From: an archaeon | Lineage (GTDB): Archaea; Micrarchaeota; Micrarchaeia; Norongarragalinales; UBA97 | DNA: 64,000 nucleotides | NCBI GenBank assembly: GCA_020057405.1 | Contig: JAGVFW010000002.1 | Span: 1,621 to 65,620 of the forward strand | Direction: 5' to 3' | Shown: positions 46,752 to 55,513 of the stretch, in pieces | Numbering within the stretch: the first letter of the stretch is position 1 | Layout: each line of letters opens with the position of its first letter | Translations under genes and position numbers: made by a program | Notes under the pieces: generated by a model | Seen by the model: the letters and a program-made list of their open reading frames with translations, nothing else | The model's database searches: none | What the model was told of the DNA's origin: nothing

Positions 46752-47222
46752 ATGTTTAACGGCGTCGAAGTCAAGGAACTCAAGCCTCTTACAGACAACC
46801 GCGGATTCCTAATGGAAATACTGCGCGGAAGCGACAAAATAAAGGAAGGCGGCTCGGCAGCCTTCGGCCAGTACTACCTGATGACCGTCAATCCCGGCGT
46901 AATCAAGGGCAAGCACTTCCACAAGCTCCAAATCGACCACATGACCGCAATCAAGGGTCACGCAGTGCTGCATTTGGAGGACGGCCGCGAGGGAAGCCCG
47001 ACGAAGGGGCAAAAAGAGAAGATTGTGTTCGGCGAGGGCGCATGGAAGCTCGTTAAAATTCCGCCGGGGGTCTGGCACAGCGTGGAAAACACTGGCACTG
47101 ACGTTGTCTACATCATCAACTACGTCACCCGCGAGTACGACCACAAGGACCCCGACGAGTACCGCGCGGAGTTCGACATTGACGACCGGACGACGCTCTG
47201 GAAGCCGTCGGTCACGGGTTGA
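46752..47222 (+). CDS. rmlC: dTDP-4-dehydrorhamnose 3,5-epimerase-like cupin
   Basis: 'LKPLTDNRGFLMEIL' and the His/Lys/Tyr spacing fit the RmlC family. ATG at 46752; the track uses GTG 46749. Confidence 0.7.
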   Translation: MFNGVEVKELKPLTDNRGFLMEILRGSDKIKEGGSAAFGQYYLMTVNPGVIKGKHFHKLQIDHMTAIKGHAVLHLEDGREGSPTKGQKEKIVFGEGAWKLVKIPPGVWHSVENTGTDVVYIINYVTREYDHKDPDEYRAEFDIDDRTTLWKPSVTG

Positions 47223-47231
47223 GCTGCTAAA

Positions 47232-48197
47232 ATGAAAATTCTAGTCACCGGCGGTGCCGGCTTCATTGGCTGCAATTTCGTGCGTCAAGTGCTTGCGCAA
47301 GGCAAAGTCGAGCGCATAGTCAACCTCGACGCGCTGACTTACGCCGGCTCATTGAGCAACCTTGAGAGCCTGCCGAATTCCGAGCGCCACGTTTTCGTCA
47401 GGGGCGACATTTGCGACGAGAAGCTCGTTGAGATGTTGTTTGCCGAGCACGGCTTTGACGCGGTAATCAATTTTGCAGCAGAGAGCCACGTCGACAGGTC
47501 GATTAGCTCGTCAGCGCCTTTTGTCCACACTAATGTCGAGGGCACGCGCGTGCTTCTTGACGCGGCGTTGTACCACGGCGTCAAGCGTTTCGTGCAAATC
47601 TCGACTGACGAAGTCTACGGCAGCAGAAAAGAGGGGTCTTTTGGAGAGGAATCGCGGCTTGAGCCGCGAAGCCCGTATTCGGCAACCAAGGCGGCCGCCG
47701 ATTTGCTCGCGCTTTCCTATTATTCCACCCACGGGCTTGACGTTGTCATCACGCGGAGCACGAACAACTACGGCCCCTACCAGCATCCCGAAAAATTCAT
47801 TCCGCTTTTCATCACAAACGCCCTGCAGGGGCATGACTGCCCGCTTTATGGCAATGGCGAGAACGTGCGCGATTGGCTGTTTGTTGGCGACAATTGCAGT
47901 GGCATCTGGACGGTTTTTGAGAAAGGCGTTGCCGGCAGTGTTTACAACATTGGCGGGGGCAACGAGCGCAAGAACGCCGACGTGGCGCGCTTGGTTGTGA
48001 CGCTTGCAGGCGGCAGCGAGTCGCTCATCAAGAGCGTAGCCGACCGCAAGGGCCACGACTTCCGATACAGTGTCGACTGCGGCAAGGCTCGCGCGCTTGG
48101 GTGGTCGGCGAAGACGAAGTTCGATGAAGGCTTGGTGGCGACTGTAAAGTGGTACCGGCAGAACGAGGGCTGGTGGAGAAGCCGGCTTTCTCATTAG
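47232..48197 (+). CDS. rmlB: dTDP-glucose 4,6-dehydratase
   Basis: 'MKILVTGGAGFIGCNFVRQVL', 'NLDALTYAGSLSNL' and YxxxK are classic RmlB signatures. Confidence 0.9.
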   Translation: MKILVTGGAGFIGCNFVRQVLAQGKVERIVNLDALTYAGSLSNLESLPNSERHVFVRGDICDEKLVEMLFAEHGFDAVINFAAESHVDRSISSSAPFVHTNVEGTRVLLDAALYHGVKRFVQISTDEVYGSRKEGSFGEESRLEPRSPYSATKAAADLLALSYYSTHGLDVVITRSTNNYGPYQHPEKFIPLFITNALQGHDCPLYGNGENVRDWLFVGDNCSGIWTVFEKGVAGSVYNIGGGNERKNADVARLVVTLAGGSESLIKSVADRKGHDFRYSVDCGKARALGWSAKTKFDEGLVATVKWYRQNEGWWRSRLSH

Positions 48198-48260
48198 CTC
48201 TAACTCTTGCATTTATATTCTTTTGAGAACAACTTCCTACCGTCTTAGATTATTGGTGGT

Positions 48261-51200
48261 GTGGGTTTAGTGGTCGATACTTTAGTTCTTGCTATCTCGG
48301 TCATTCTCTTCGCAATTCCGGGCATTTTCCTCTCGGCAGCGCTATTTCGGCGAACGTCGCTTGACTGGCTTGAGAAGGGGTTACTTGGTGTAGTCTTAAG
48401 CTGCGTGGCAATGCCCGTGCTTGCCATCCTCGAGCTCGTCTTTTTCGCAATCAAGTTCAACGGCATGCTGCTTTTCGCCAACTTCCTTCTCCTGGTACTC
48501 GTCGCCATCGTCGCCTACGCTTACCAGGGAATGCCAAAGCTAGAGTTTCACCGCCCGCGCATACCATTCCTTGACGGAAAGTTTGAGTGGGAAAAGGACA
48601 AGAATCTAGTCTTCGGCGCGGTTCTGTTAATCCTGCTGCTCATTACCTTCTGGGTCAGGTTCGCACCCGCCTGGGCGGATAACTTTTTTGAGTTCGACCC
48701 TATTTTCTACAGCCACGTTACGGAAATACTGGCGAAGAACGGCGTCATCCCTGCCGAGTCAAGCGAAGTTTACTACCCGCTGACGAAAGACCTGCGTGTT
48801 TACCCTATTGTGCCCTACTTGGGGGCGCATATTTACGCGATTTACCACGCGATTGTCGGCGGCCCGTTCATCAAGTCAGACTTTCACTTAGTCATCGAGA
48901 TTTACCCGCCCCTTATGGCAATACTCACTTCATTTGCAGTCTACCTGCTCTTCCGCCGGCAGGCGAATGACTGGATTGGCCTGATAGCGGCTGGCACGCT
49001 GGCGACAATGCCGCAGCTAGTCAGCAAGTTCGGTGCAGGTGTCAACGAACTGCAGCCGTGGGGCCTCTTCAGCGCCGTTTTCGTCATCGCAGCCACCTTC
49101 CTTGCAATGTCGCAAAAGAGCTACCGCTTCGCAGTCTTGGCCGGCATCGGACTCTTCGGAGCCATGCTTGGCACGGCGCAGGGCCTCTGGCCTGCAGCAG
49201 CAATCGCCTCTTTCTTCCTGCTTCACGCGCTCGTTTCCTACCTTCGCGAGGAGTTAGATTTCCGTGCGGTCGCCATTTACGCCATCATCGCCCTTCCGGG
49301 AGTCCTCGGCGCGCTCTTGTTTAACTTCTACCGCTCGGGCCTGACGCTCGGAATTGGCAACCTGATGTCGAATGCAGGTGCGTTGTTCAAACTCGGCACA
49401 CTCCAGTACCTGCTTATCGCCGCAGTTGCAGTCGCCGTGTTCCTGCTTGCAGTTCAGCAGTTCGTCCTGCCCAGGCTAAGGCAGGTCACGCCTCACCCGA
49501 AGCCCGTCAGCGTTGCTGCAATGCTGATTGCGCTGGCAATAGTCTTCATCGCAGTCCCGGCTGTTCCCGGCATGCTCGGCGATTTTCTCAACAGTTCCGC
49601 CGGCTTTGCCCGACAGGGGAGTGCCCTGGGCATGACGATTGCAGAGGAAAACGCGACCACGCCCGGCCTGTACTTCGGCGCGTTTGGCAACATCAATCCC
49701 GATGTCCTCCTTCCTGCCGCCGCGCTTCTAATCTCCCTCTTCGCGTTCATCAAGCTCTTGATTGCCGGTAGACGGATTGCGGCTGGCGCTGTTGTATTGG
49801 GTGTGCTGCTTATCACGGCGTTCAACTCGTTTACCGACTCGATGCTTTTGTGGGTTGCCAACAACCTGTTGAGCGGCTATTCGCTTTTCACGCAGTTTGT
49901 CACCGGCAACGACTTGTTCGTCTACATGCTTGTTTCCATCATCTCGCTATTGCTTGCCATGCTCCTCGTCAGGGAAGACCCGATTCCGTCGGAGCTTCTC
50001 TACCTCGTCATCGCAATTTTCCCCGTCGCCTACATCGGCTTAAACAAGCTCAAGTTCATGCCGCACCTGGCACTTGCCCTGGCAATCGCGTTCCCGTTCG
50101 CCCTCTCTATGGGCCTCAAAATCATCCAGACGCTCTCGACCGAGCTTAAGGGCGAGAGTGGCCGCAAGATTGCTGTGAAGGCCGGCCTTGCCCTCATCGT
50201 CATCATCGGCGGTCTAGTGCTTTACGCGCAGTCAAACACGCTTGACAACTCAATGGCAGGCCTGCAGTACACCCGCATCTCGAGCGACTGGCTGTCAAGC
50301 TACGAGTGGATGCGCACGGCACCCTCGTTTGACAAGTCATTCTGCACCAACACTTACGGTTACGACTGCCGCGTGCTCTCATGGTGGGATTACGGCCACT
50401 GGACTACGTTCTTCGGCGAGCAAAAGAGCGTGCTTGACCCCGGCAACCGCTATCCTGACTTCAACCAAGGCACGGCAAGGGCTTTTGTCCAAGGCAACAT
50501 CACTGACCTGCTTTACACCGTTCGCTACCACCAGGCGACGCACATTCTTGCCGACGCGCAGCTAGTGCAGAAGTGGGGCGCACTCGTGTTCCTAAGCGGC
50601 ACGTGCGCGCACTCGCAGTACGCAACCTGTCCAGAGAAGCCCGAGATTGACTACAAGAACGGCGCCGGCAGAAGCACTTACGAGGCCGAGCACTACTTCG
50701 AGTTCCTCACGAGTTCCGGCACCTGCCCAGCGCAGTTGACCGGCGTGGCGTTACCCGCATTCAAGAGCAGCCTGACGAACGCCGTCTACTGCTTTACCGA
50801 CACGGAGTACCTGCTTTTGACTTCGCAGGGCATCGACCCGAACTTCAAGCGCAAGTACAAGATAATCGGCCGCGACACTGTCGACGCCGCGCGCCTAGAG
50901 AAGGACACGGCTTACCTCTTCGGCTACACGCAAGGCCAGTTCATCAACGTGAACCCCGACCTCACCTACGTCGGCCTGAACAACACGGTCATCGACTCGG
51001 CCTTCACGCGCCTCTTCTTCTTCGAGTACATGCCTGGAATGCAGCTTGACCACCGCTCGCCAAGCGGCGAAGTAAAGATATTCCGCATCCTACCGGAGTT
51101 CATCAGCGGCTCTACAATCGCAAGCAGCAGCAACTTAGCGTCGACGCCAAGCCCGACTCCGATACCCTCGGCAACTCCCGAGCCAACGCCGAGTGCAAAC

Positions 51201-51320
51201 GAGACTGGAACTAACCTGACCTCATCAAGCCCCACTCCTTCGGCTAGCTCGTCAGTAACGCCGAGCCCAACGCCGGCGCCTTCAACAAGCCCGACGCCCG
51301 TTCCCTCGCCCACGCCATAG
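48261..51320 (+). CDS. aglB: archaeal oligosaccharyltransferase AglB (STT3 homologue) with a C-terminal Pro/Thr/Ser-rich tail
   Basis: About 13 N-terminal TM segments. The diagnostic 'WWDYGHW' (in 'CRVLSWWDYGHWTTFFGE') sits in the C-terminal soluble domain. The final about 65 aa are 'PSPTPIPSATPEPTPS...SPTPVPSPTP'. Confidence 0.9.
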   Translation: MGLVVDTLVLAISVILFAIPGIFLSAALFRRTSLDWLEKGLLGVVLSCVAMPVLAILELVFFAIKFNGMLLFANFLLLVLVAIVAYAYQGMPKLEFHRPRIPFLDGKFEWEKDKNLVFGAVLLILLLITFWVRFAPAWADNFFEFDPIFYSHVTEILAKNGVIPAESSEVYYPLTKDLRVYPIVPYLGAHIYAIYHAIVGGPFIKSDFHLVIEIYPPLMAILTSFAVYLLFRRQANDWIGLIAAGTLATMPQLVSKFGAGVNELQPWGLFSAVFVIAATFLAMSQKSYRFAVLAGIGLFGAMLGTAQGLWPAAAIASFFLLHALVSYLREELDFRAVAIYAIIALPGVLGALLFNFYRSGLTLGIGNLMSNAGALFKLGTLQYLLIAAVAVAVFLLAVQQFVLPRLRQVTPHPKPVSVAAMLIALAIVFIAVPAVPGMLGDFLNSSAGFARQGSALGMTIAEENATTPGLYFGAFGNINPDVLLPAAALLISLFAFIKLLIAGRRIAAGAVVLGVLLITAFNSFTDSMLLWVANNLLSGYSLFTQFVTGNDLFVYMLVSIISLLLAMLLVREDPIPSELLYLVIAIFPVAYIGLNKLKFMPHLALALAIAFPFALSMGLKIIQTLSTELKGESGRKIAVKAGLALIVIIGGLVLYAQSNTLDNSMAGLQYTRISSDWLSSYEWMRTAPSFDKSFCTNTYGYDCRVLSWWDYGHWTTFFGEQKSVLDPGNRYPDFNQGTARAFVQGNITDLLYTVRYHQATHILADAQLVQKWGALVFLSGTCAHSQYATCPEKPEIDYKNGAGRSTYEAEHYFEFLTSSGTCPAQLTGVALPAFKSSLTNAVYCFTDTEYLLLTSQGIDPNFKRKYKIIGRDTVDAARLEKDTAYLFGYTQGQFINVNPDLTYVGLNNTVIDSAFTRLFFFEYMPGMQLDHRSPSGEVKIFRILPEFISGSTIASSSNLASTPSPTPIPSATPEPTPSANETGTNLTSSSPTPSASSSVTPSPTPAPSTSPTPVPSPTP

Positions 51321-51367
51321 GCTAAGCGCGGAACGTAATCTTAGCGAATCCAGCCCGCGGGCCCCGT

Positions 51368-51398
51368 AGTTGCCTTATAGTGTTTTCCCTAGGCAACT
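51368..51398. terminator. hairpin between the convergent aglB and aglH-like genes (candidate bidirectional terminator)
   Basis: Perfect 8-bp inverted repeat 'agttgcct'(51368-75) / 'aggcaact'(51391-98) with a 15-nt T-rich loop 'tatagtgttttccct'. The 3' half overlaps the GPT stop codon. Confidence 0.3.
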
Positions 51399-52435
51399 GC
51401 GCTCTTTACTAGGATGAGTGAAGCCACGACTATTACGGCTTCAGCGAGAATGAGCGTCGCAACCGCGTTTCGCTCAGTCGGCCTCACGCCAAGCTTCGGT
51501 AGGCCCTTTAGCACGACGTGCGTGAGCGAGTAAATCTTTTCGTAAGGCGCCTTTAGCGTGCCGTCGGGCTGCAGCACTCCATATGAGCGGGCAGTAAAGC
51601 CGCTGCGCAGCTTCAAAAACGCCTCGACAATCCAAGGCAGGAAGATGTAGAAGCCGATTTTCTCGACGTTGCCGACGATTACCGCGCTTGCGTACATCGC
51701 ACCGGCAAAGTAGGTGAGGCTGTCGCCCGGCAGCATTCGCGCCGGCACCATGTTGAACGAGTAAAACGCGAGCAGAGCGCCTGCGCCGAGAAAGGCGATT
51801 GCAGCGCCCTCAATCGAGCCGTTTAGGTAACTCCAGATGCCGACGCCGACTGAGGCAACCGCCATCATGCCTGACTCTAGGCCGTTCATGCCGGCAAGCA
51901 TGTTGGCGGCATTGCTCACGACGACCACGCCGATTGGCACGAGAATGAGCGGGTAGAGGATGCCTAAGCTGACGGGGCCGACGAGGGGCACGTTCATTGT
52001 CTCGACCCCCGCGCTGACTGCGACGAGCGGTATGGCCGCGACGAGGGTAAGGAGCGGCTTTTGCCATTGCGCCAGGCCCACGCGGTATTCCTTGCTGCCG
52101 TACTTGTTCGCAACCATCTGGCGGCGCACGTACAAGTCGTCAAAAAAGCCGACGAGGGCAATCGCGAGGGTGCTTAGCGATGCCGCCAGCAGTTCAATCA
52201 TGCTTAGGGGGTACTTGAAGAAGAAAGTGTTGAGCGCAAGTAGCGCCATCATGCCGAAGAAGAAACCAAATGCAACCGCAATCCCGCCGCTTGTTGCGAC
52301 TTTGCGCTTGTCCGCCTTCTGCTGGTCAATGCCAACTATGCCGATGTTCCAAAGAAAGTGCAGGAAGTAGGGTGTGATGTAGAGGGTTACCACTGCGGTC
52401 AGAAGCACGCCTATCGAGAGCAGCAGTAGAGTCAT
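51389..52435 (-). CDS. aglH: UDP-GlcNAc:dolichyl-phosphate GlcNAc-1-phosphate transferase (AglH/GPT; MraY/WecA superfamily)
   Basis: About 10-TM protein. 'FFDDLYVRR' (DDxxY) and 'SNAANMLAGMNGLESG' correspond to MraY/WecA/GPT motifs. The start is taken at ATG 52435 (MTLLLL); the longer track ORF would run through the divergent promoter and into nucS. Confidence 0.7.
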   Translation of the reverse strand: MTLLLLSIGVLLTAVVTLYITPYFLHFLWNIGIVGIDQQKADKRKVATSGGIAVAFGFFFGMMALLALNTFFFKYPLSMIELLAASLSTLAIALVGFFDDLYVRRQMVANKYGSKEYRVGLAQWQKPLLTLVAAIPLVAVSAGVETMNVPLVGPVSLGILYPLILVPIGVVVVSNAANMLAGMNGLESGMMAVASVGVGIWSYLNGSIEGAAIAFLGAGALLAFYSFNMVPARMLPGDSLTYFAGAMYASAVIVGNVEKIGFYIFLPWIVEAFLKLRSGFTARSYGVLQPDGTLKAPYEKIYSLTHVVLKGLPKLGVRPTERNAVATLILAEAVIVVASLILVKSAVA

Positions 52436-52487
52436 CGAAATGATTTGCGCGGGCAAATTATATAGATTGCTGCCCCAAGCCATATTC
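52436..52487. promoter_or_regulatory. bidirectional archaeal promoter with a central TATA box 'AAATTATATAGA' for aglH-like (-) and nucS (+); both transcripts predicted leaderless
   Basis: 52-nt gap. The TATA-like 'caaattatatagattg' is centred about 26-27 nt from each start codon (52435 and 52488). Confidence 0.5.
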
Positions 52488-53288
52488 ATGGTTCCTTTGG
52501 GGGAAGCTGCAAAAGCAATCCAAACCGGCATGGCCAGGCGCGAGCTCGTCCTCGTCGTCGGCCGCTGCAAAGTAAGCTACGAGGGCCGGGCCGCAAGCAA
52601 GCTCTCCGAGGGCGACAGGCTCCTAATCATCAAGCACGACGGCACTTTCCTCGTCCACCAGAGCGCCAAGATGTCGGCAATAAACTACCAGGGCCCGGGT
52701 GCATTCGTCAGCTGTGAACTGGCTCTCGACCCCAACGACCGAAAGAAGCGCGAGCCGGTCGCAATCGTCCTCTCGGCAAAGCGAAAGCTGGCCAACGGCG
52801 CAGTTGAGCAAATCGTCGTCAGGTTTACCGAAATTCTTTACGCCGGCGCCTACGGGCTAAAAGACGATTCCCACCTCAAGCTCTTCGGCACTGAAAAAGA
52901 GTTGGCTGACCTCCTCATGTCGGACCTGCACCTGATAGAGCCCGGCATGGTGCCCCTCAAGCAGGAAAGCGACGTGCGAAAAGGCACCATCGACATCCTC
53001 GCCCGCGATGCGGCGGGAAATACGGTGGTTATTGAGGTCAAGCGCCGCATTGCCGGGCTAGAGGCAGTCACGCAGCTCGAACGGTACGTAAAGGAGCTTT
53101 CCCAGCGCCGCGGCTCTAAAATCCGCGGCATCTTGTGCGCACCCGACGTAACCGCAAGCGCCCTCAAAATGCTTGAGGAGTCAGGCGGCCTTGAGTTTGC
53201 CAAGCTCGACTACGAAATTGCCAACCCGAGTGCGAAAATCCGCGGCCTGCAGAAAAAGCAGAAGATAATCACCGAGTACTTCGGGTGA
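52488..53288 (+). CDS. nucS: endonuclease NucS (mismatch/branched-DNA nuclease, RecB-fold)
   Basis: N-terminal 'LVLVVGRCKVSYEGRAASKLSEGDRLLIIKHDG' matches NucS 'ARCKVHYDGRA..GDRVIIIKPDG'. C-terminal 'IDILARDAAGNTVVIEVKRR' is a RecB-like D...EVK nuclease motif. The start is taken at ATG 52488. Confidence 0.85.
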   Translation: MVPLGEAAKAIQTGMARRELVLVVGRCKVSYEGRAASKLSEGDRLLIIKHDGTFLVHQSAKMSAINYQGPGAFVSCELALDPNDRKKREPVAIVLSAKRKLANGAVEQIVVRFTEILYAGAYGLKDDSHLKLFGTEKELADLLMSDLHLIEPGMVPLKQESDVRKGTIDILARDAAGNTVVIEVKRRIAGLEAVTQLERYVKELSQRRGSKIRGILCAPDVTASALKMLEESGGLEFAKLDYEIANPSAKIRGLQKKQKIITEYFG

Positions 53289-53292
53289 CTAA

Positions 53293-53676
53293 ATGCCAGC
53301 GCAAAAACAAGAAAAACCTGCACGGCTGCTCGCGTGCGTTCCCGGCGGTCACACGAGCGCCCCGCAGCTGACGCCCGAGGACGTTGCAATGCTTCTCCGT
53401 TCGCAAGACAAGCCGATGCTGCTTGACGTGCGCGAGCGTGACGAGTTTGCCGACGGCAAGATTGCCGGCAGCTTCAACATTCCCATCGGCACTATCTTGG
53501 CCGGCGTCCTTGACCGGCAATTGCCGCGCGAGAAGCTCATCATCACCATTTGTGAGCACGGGGTTCGCGCGAATCGGGCGGCAAGCGAGCTTTCATCCCG
53601 TGGTTTTGTCGTCGCCGTCTTGGCGGGCGGCATGGAAGCGTGGCGCAGACACGCTAGGGACAAACGCCACGGTTAG
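53293..53676 (+). CDS. rhodanese-domain sulfurtransferase
   Basis: 'LLDVRERDEFADGKIAGSFNIP' rhodanese fold with the active-site loop 'CEHGVRA' (Cx2Gx1R). Confidence 0.75.
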   Translation: MPAQKQEKPARLLACVPGGHTSAPQLTPEDVAMLLRSQDKPMLLDVRERDEFADGKIAGSFNIPIGTILAGVLDRQLPREKLIITICEHGVRANRAASELSSRGFVVAVLAGGMEAWRRHARDKRHG

Positions 53677-53709
53677 CTTTTATAAGTGCAGCGTGCGTAA
53701 ACCCATATT

Positions 53710-54669
53710 ATGGCCCCCTCAAAGTCTCGCCTCGCCCTACGCAAGGCGCCGTTTATCGGCAAGGCGGGAGGTTCGCTTTTCTCAAAGCCGGCTTCGGTGA
53801 AAGAAAAGCCAGAAGAGGAAGAGCCAGTAGTCGAGGCCGTAGCCGAGCCAAAGCCCGCGCCAAAGGCGTCCAAAAAAGACGACGCCGATCTTGACGCAAA
53901 GCTGCGTGAAGTTAAGAGCAACCTTGCGGCGATTACCGCCAAGACGCGCAAGGGCGCCGACATAAGCGATGTCCCGCGCATCCCAACCGGCGTTCCGGGG
54001 CTCGACGAGCTCATTCCCGGCGGCATCCCGAAGGGCAGCGTCATTCTCGTCGTCGGGGGACCCGGCAGCGGCAAGAGCATTTTCTCGCTCCAGTTTCTCC
54101 TAAACGGCGCGCTAAAGTACGGAGAGCCAGGCGCCTACATTTCGATGGAAGAATCGGAAGAGAGCATCAAGCGCACGGGCGAGATGTTCGGCTGGGACGT
54201 CGATGATTTGGAGAAAAAAGGGCTTTTCCACGTGGTGTGGCGCGACCCTTATGATGTGAAGAGCTTCGCAAAAGTCATGGGCGGCCAGCTCTACTACCTC
54301 ATCAAAGACGCCGGCATCAAGCGCATCGCCTTTGACAGCATCACCTACTTTACGCTCACAGAAGAGAACCGCTTCAAGCTAAGAAAGGAAATCGCGGAAC
54401 TTAGCACGCGGCTAAAGGCGGTCGGCGTGACTAGCCTCTTCATCTCCGAAGTACCGCAGGCGGAAATGCGAAAAGGACGCTACGGCATGGAGGAATTCGT
54501 CGCCGACGGCATCATCCTGCTAAACAATTTCATGGTGCGCGATACCCACGTGCGTGCGGTCGAAGTGCTCAAAATGAGGCACACGCACCACGACACGCTG
54601 CTCCATCCCTTCGCGATTACGAAGAAGGGCCTTGAAATCTATCCTCATGAGCTCGTCTTTAAGGACTAG
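53710..54669 (+). CDS. KaiC-like/RecA-superfamily ATPase (single-domain archaeal KaiC homologue) with a disordered Lys/Glu/Ala-rich N-terminal extension
   Basis: 'GVPGLDELIPGGIPKGSVILVVGGPGSGKSIFSLQFL' (Walker A) and '...GIKRIAFDSITYF...' fit KaiC architecture. The N-terminal about 95 aa are low-complexity. Confidence 0.85.
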   Translation: MAPSKSRLALRKAPFIGKAGGSLFSKPASVKEKPEEEEPVVEAVAEPKPAPKASKKDDADLDAKLREVKSNLAAITAKTRKGADISDVPRIPTGVPGLDELIPGGIPKGSVILVVGGPGSGKSIFSLQFLLNGALKYGEPGAYISMEESEESIKRTGEMFGWDVDDLEKKGLFHVVWRDPYDVKSFAKVMGGQLYYLIKDAGIKRIAFDSITYFTLTEENRFKLRKEIAELSTRLKAVGVTSLFISEVPQAEMRKGRYGMEEFVADGIILLNNFMVRDTHVRAVEVLKMRHTHHDTLLHPFAITKKGLEIYPHELVFKD

Positions 54670-54688
54670 TGCCTGCGGGGAGGCCGGG

Positions 54689-55513
54689 CTATTGGGCGTC
54701 CGAAGCGGGCCCGCCGGCTTCGCCTGTGCTTCCCTCTTTTGCAACCGGCGAGTCAAACGAGTGGCGCTTGACGAACTTCTTGATGTGCTTCCACGAAATT
54801 GCCTTGTCAATCTCGACAATGGCAACAAACGCGAGCAAGCCGATTACGCCAAGCAGCTGCACCATCGAGTCAGGAATTAGGCCGAGGCGCAAAAGAATGT
54901 CAAGCTGGCTTAGGAGCAGCACCGAGAGCATCAAGAGCGCGTGGGCGGGAAGGTACGCTTTTAGGTTCGGCTCATTAAATGACGCGCCAAGCCTCATGCC
55001 TGCGTAGTAGTAAAGCACCGCCCCAGTTGCCGTTGCGAGGGCAACCGCCACCGCCACCGGATAGGCCTGGGCGGGTGCCAGTGACGGCATTGAAAGGGCA
55101 AGCATCGTCGCGGCCAGCATGAAGAAGAATAGCACGAGCTCTGTAGCGACGGGCTTCTTGACTGAAAACGAGTAGGCGTGGCTCAAATCGAACAGGGGCT
55201 TTATCGAGAGGAACGCCGCGACGATGAAGAAGGAGAAGACGAAGCTGCGCAAAAGCGCGTACTCGCCTGCAGGAATGGCCAGGAGGAACGCCGCGATTGG
55301 CAGCTCGTAGAATGCCGTGACGGACAAAAGCGCAAGCGAGTGCCACATGAGGTGGCGTTTTACGAGCGGCTCTTTGACGCTTTTGACCAAGTCATGGCGC
55401 TGGCGGATGCTGCCGTAAAGCGAATAGATGACGAGGACTGCCGTCAGAAGGTAGATTGCAGCAACGTCCGCGGCCACTCCCCAAATCACCCGTACTCTAT
55501 TGTCTTGTCGCAA
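54689..55513 (-). CDS. 7-TM integral membrane protein of unknown function
   Basis: 274 aa with about 7 hydrophobic helices and a hydrophilic C-terminus 'KRHSFDSPVAKEGSTGEAGGPASDAQ'. Its first 28 nt overlap the upstream degenerate RecA-like gene. Confidence 0.5.
   Translation of the reverse strand: MRQDNRVRVIWGVAADVAAIYLLTAVLVIYSLYGSIRQRHDLVKSVKEPLVKRHLMWHSLALLSVTAFYELPIAAFLLAIPAGEYALLRSFVFSFFIVAAFLSIKPLFDLSHAYSFSVKKPVATELVLFFFMLAATMLALSMPSLAPAQAYPVAVAVALATATGAVLYYYAGMRLGASFNEPNLKAYLPAHALLMLSVLLLSQLDILLRLGLIPDSMVQLLGVIGLLAFVAIVEIDKAISWKHIKKFVKRHSFDSPVAKEGSTGEAGGPASDAQ

Noticed and set aside
47511-48212. 233-aa - strand ORF inside rmlB
   Set aside because: Antisense to a textbook RmlB sequence. 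No motifs.
45599-51313. Pro/Thr-coding DNA repeats (ccgac[ct]cc-type) in aglB, the small secreted gene and other linkers, considered as possible CRISPR or tandem DNA repeats
   Set aside because: They are in-frame codon repeats encoding PT linkers within CDSs. They are irregular, unlike CRISPR repeats, and have no spacer periodicity.
53269-53800. ORFs of 96-138 aa overlapping the rhodanese gene and the KaiC-like N-terminus
   Set aside because: Alternative frames of GC-rich coding DNA. The rhodanese frame carries the Cx2GxR active-site loop.
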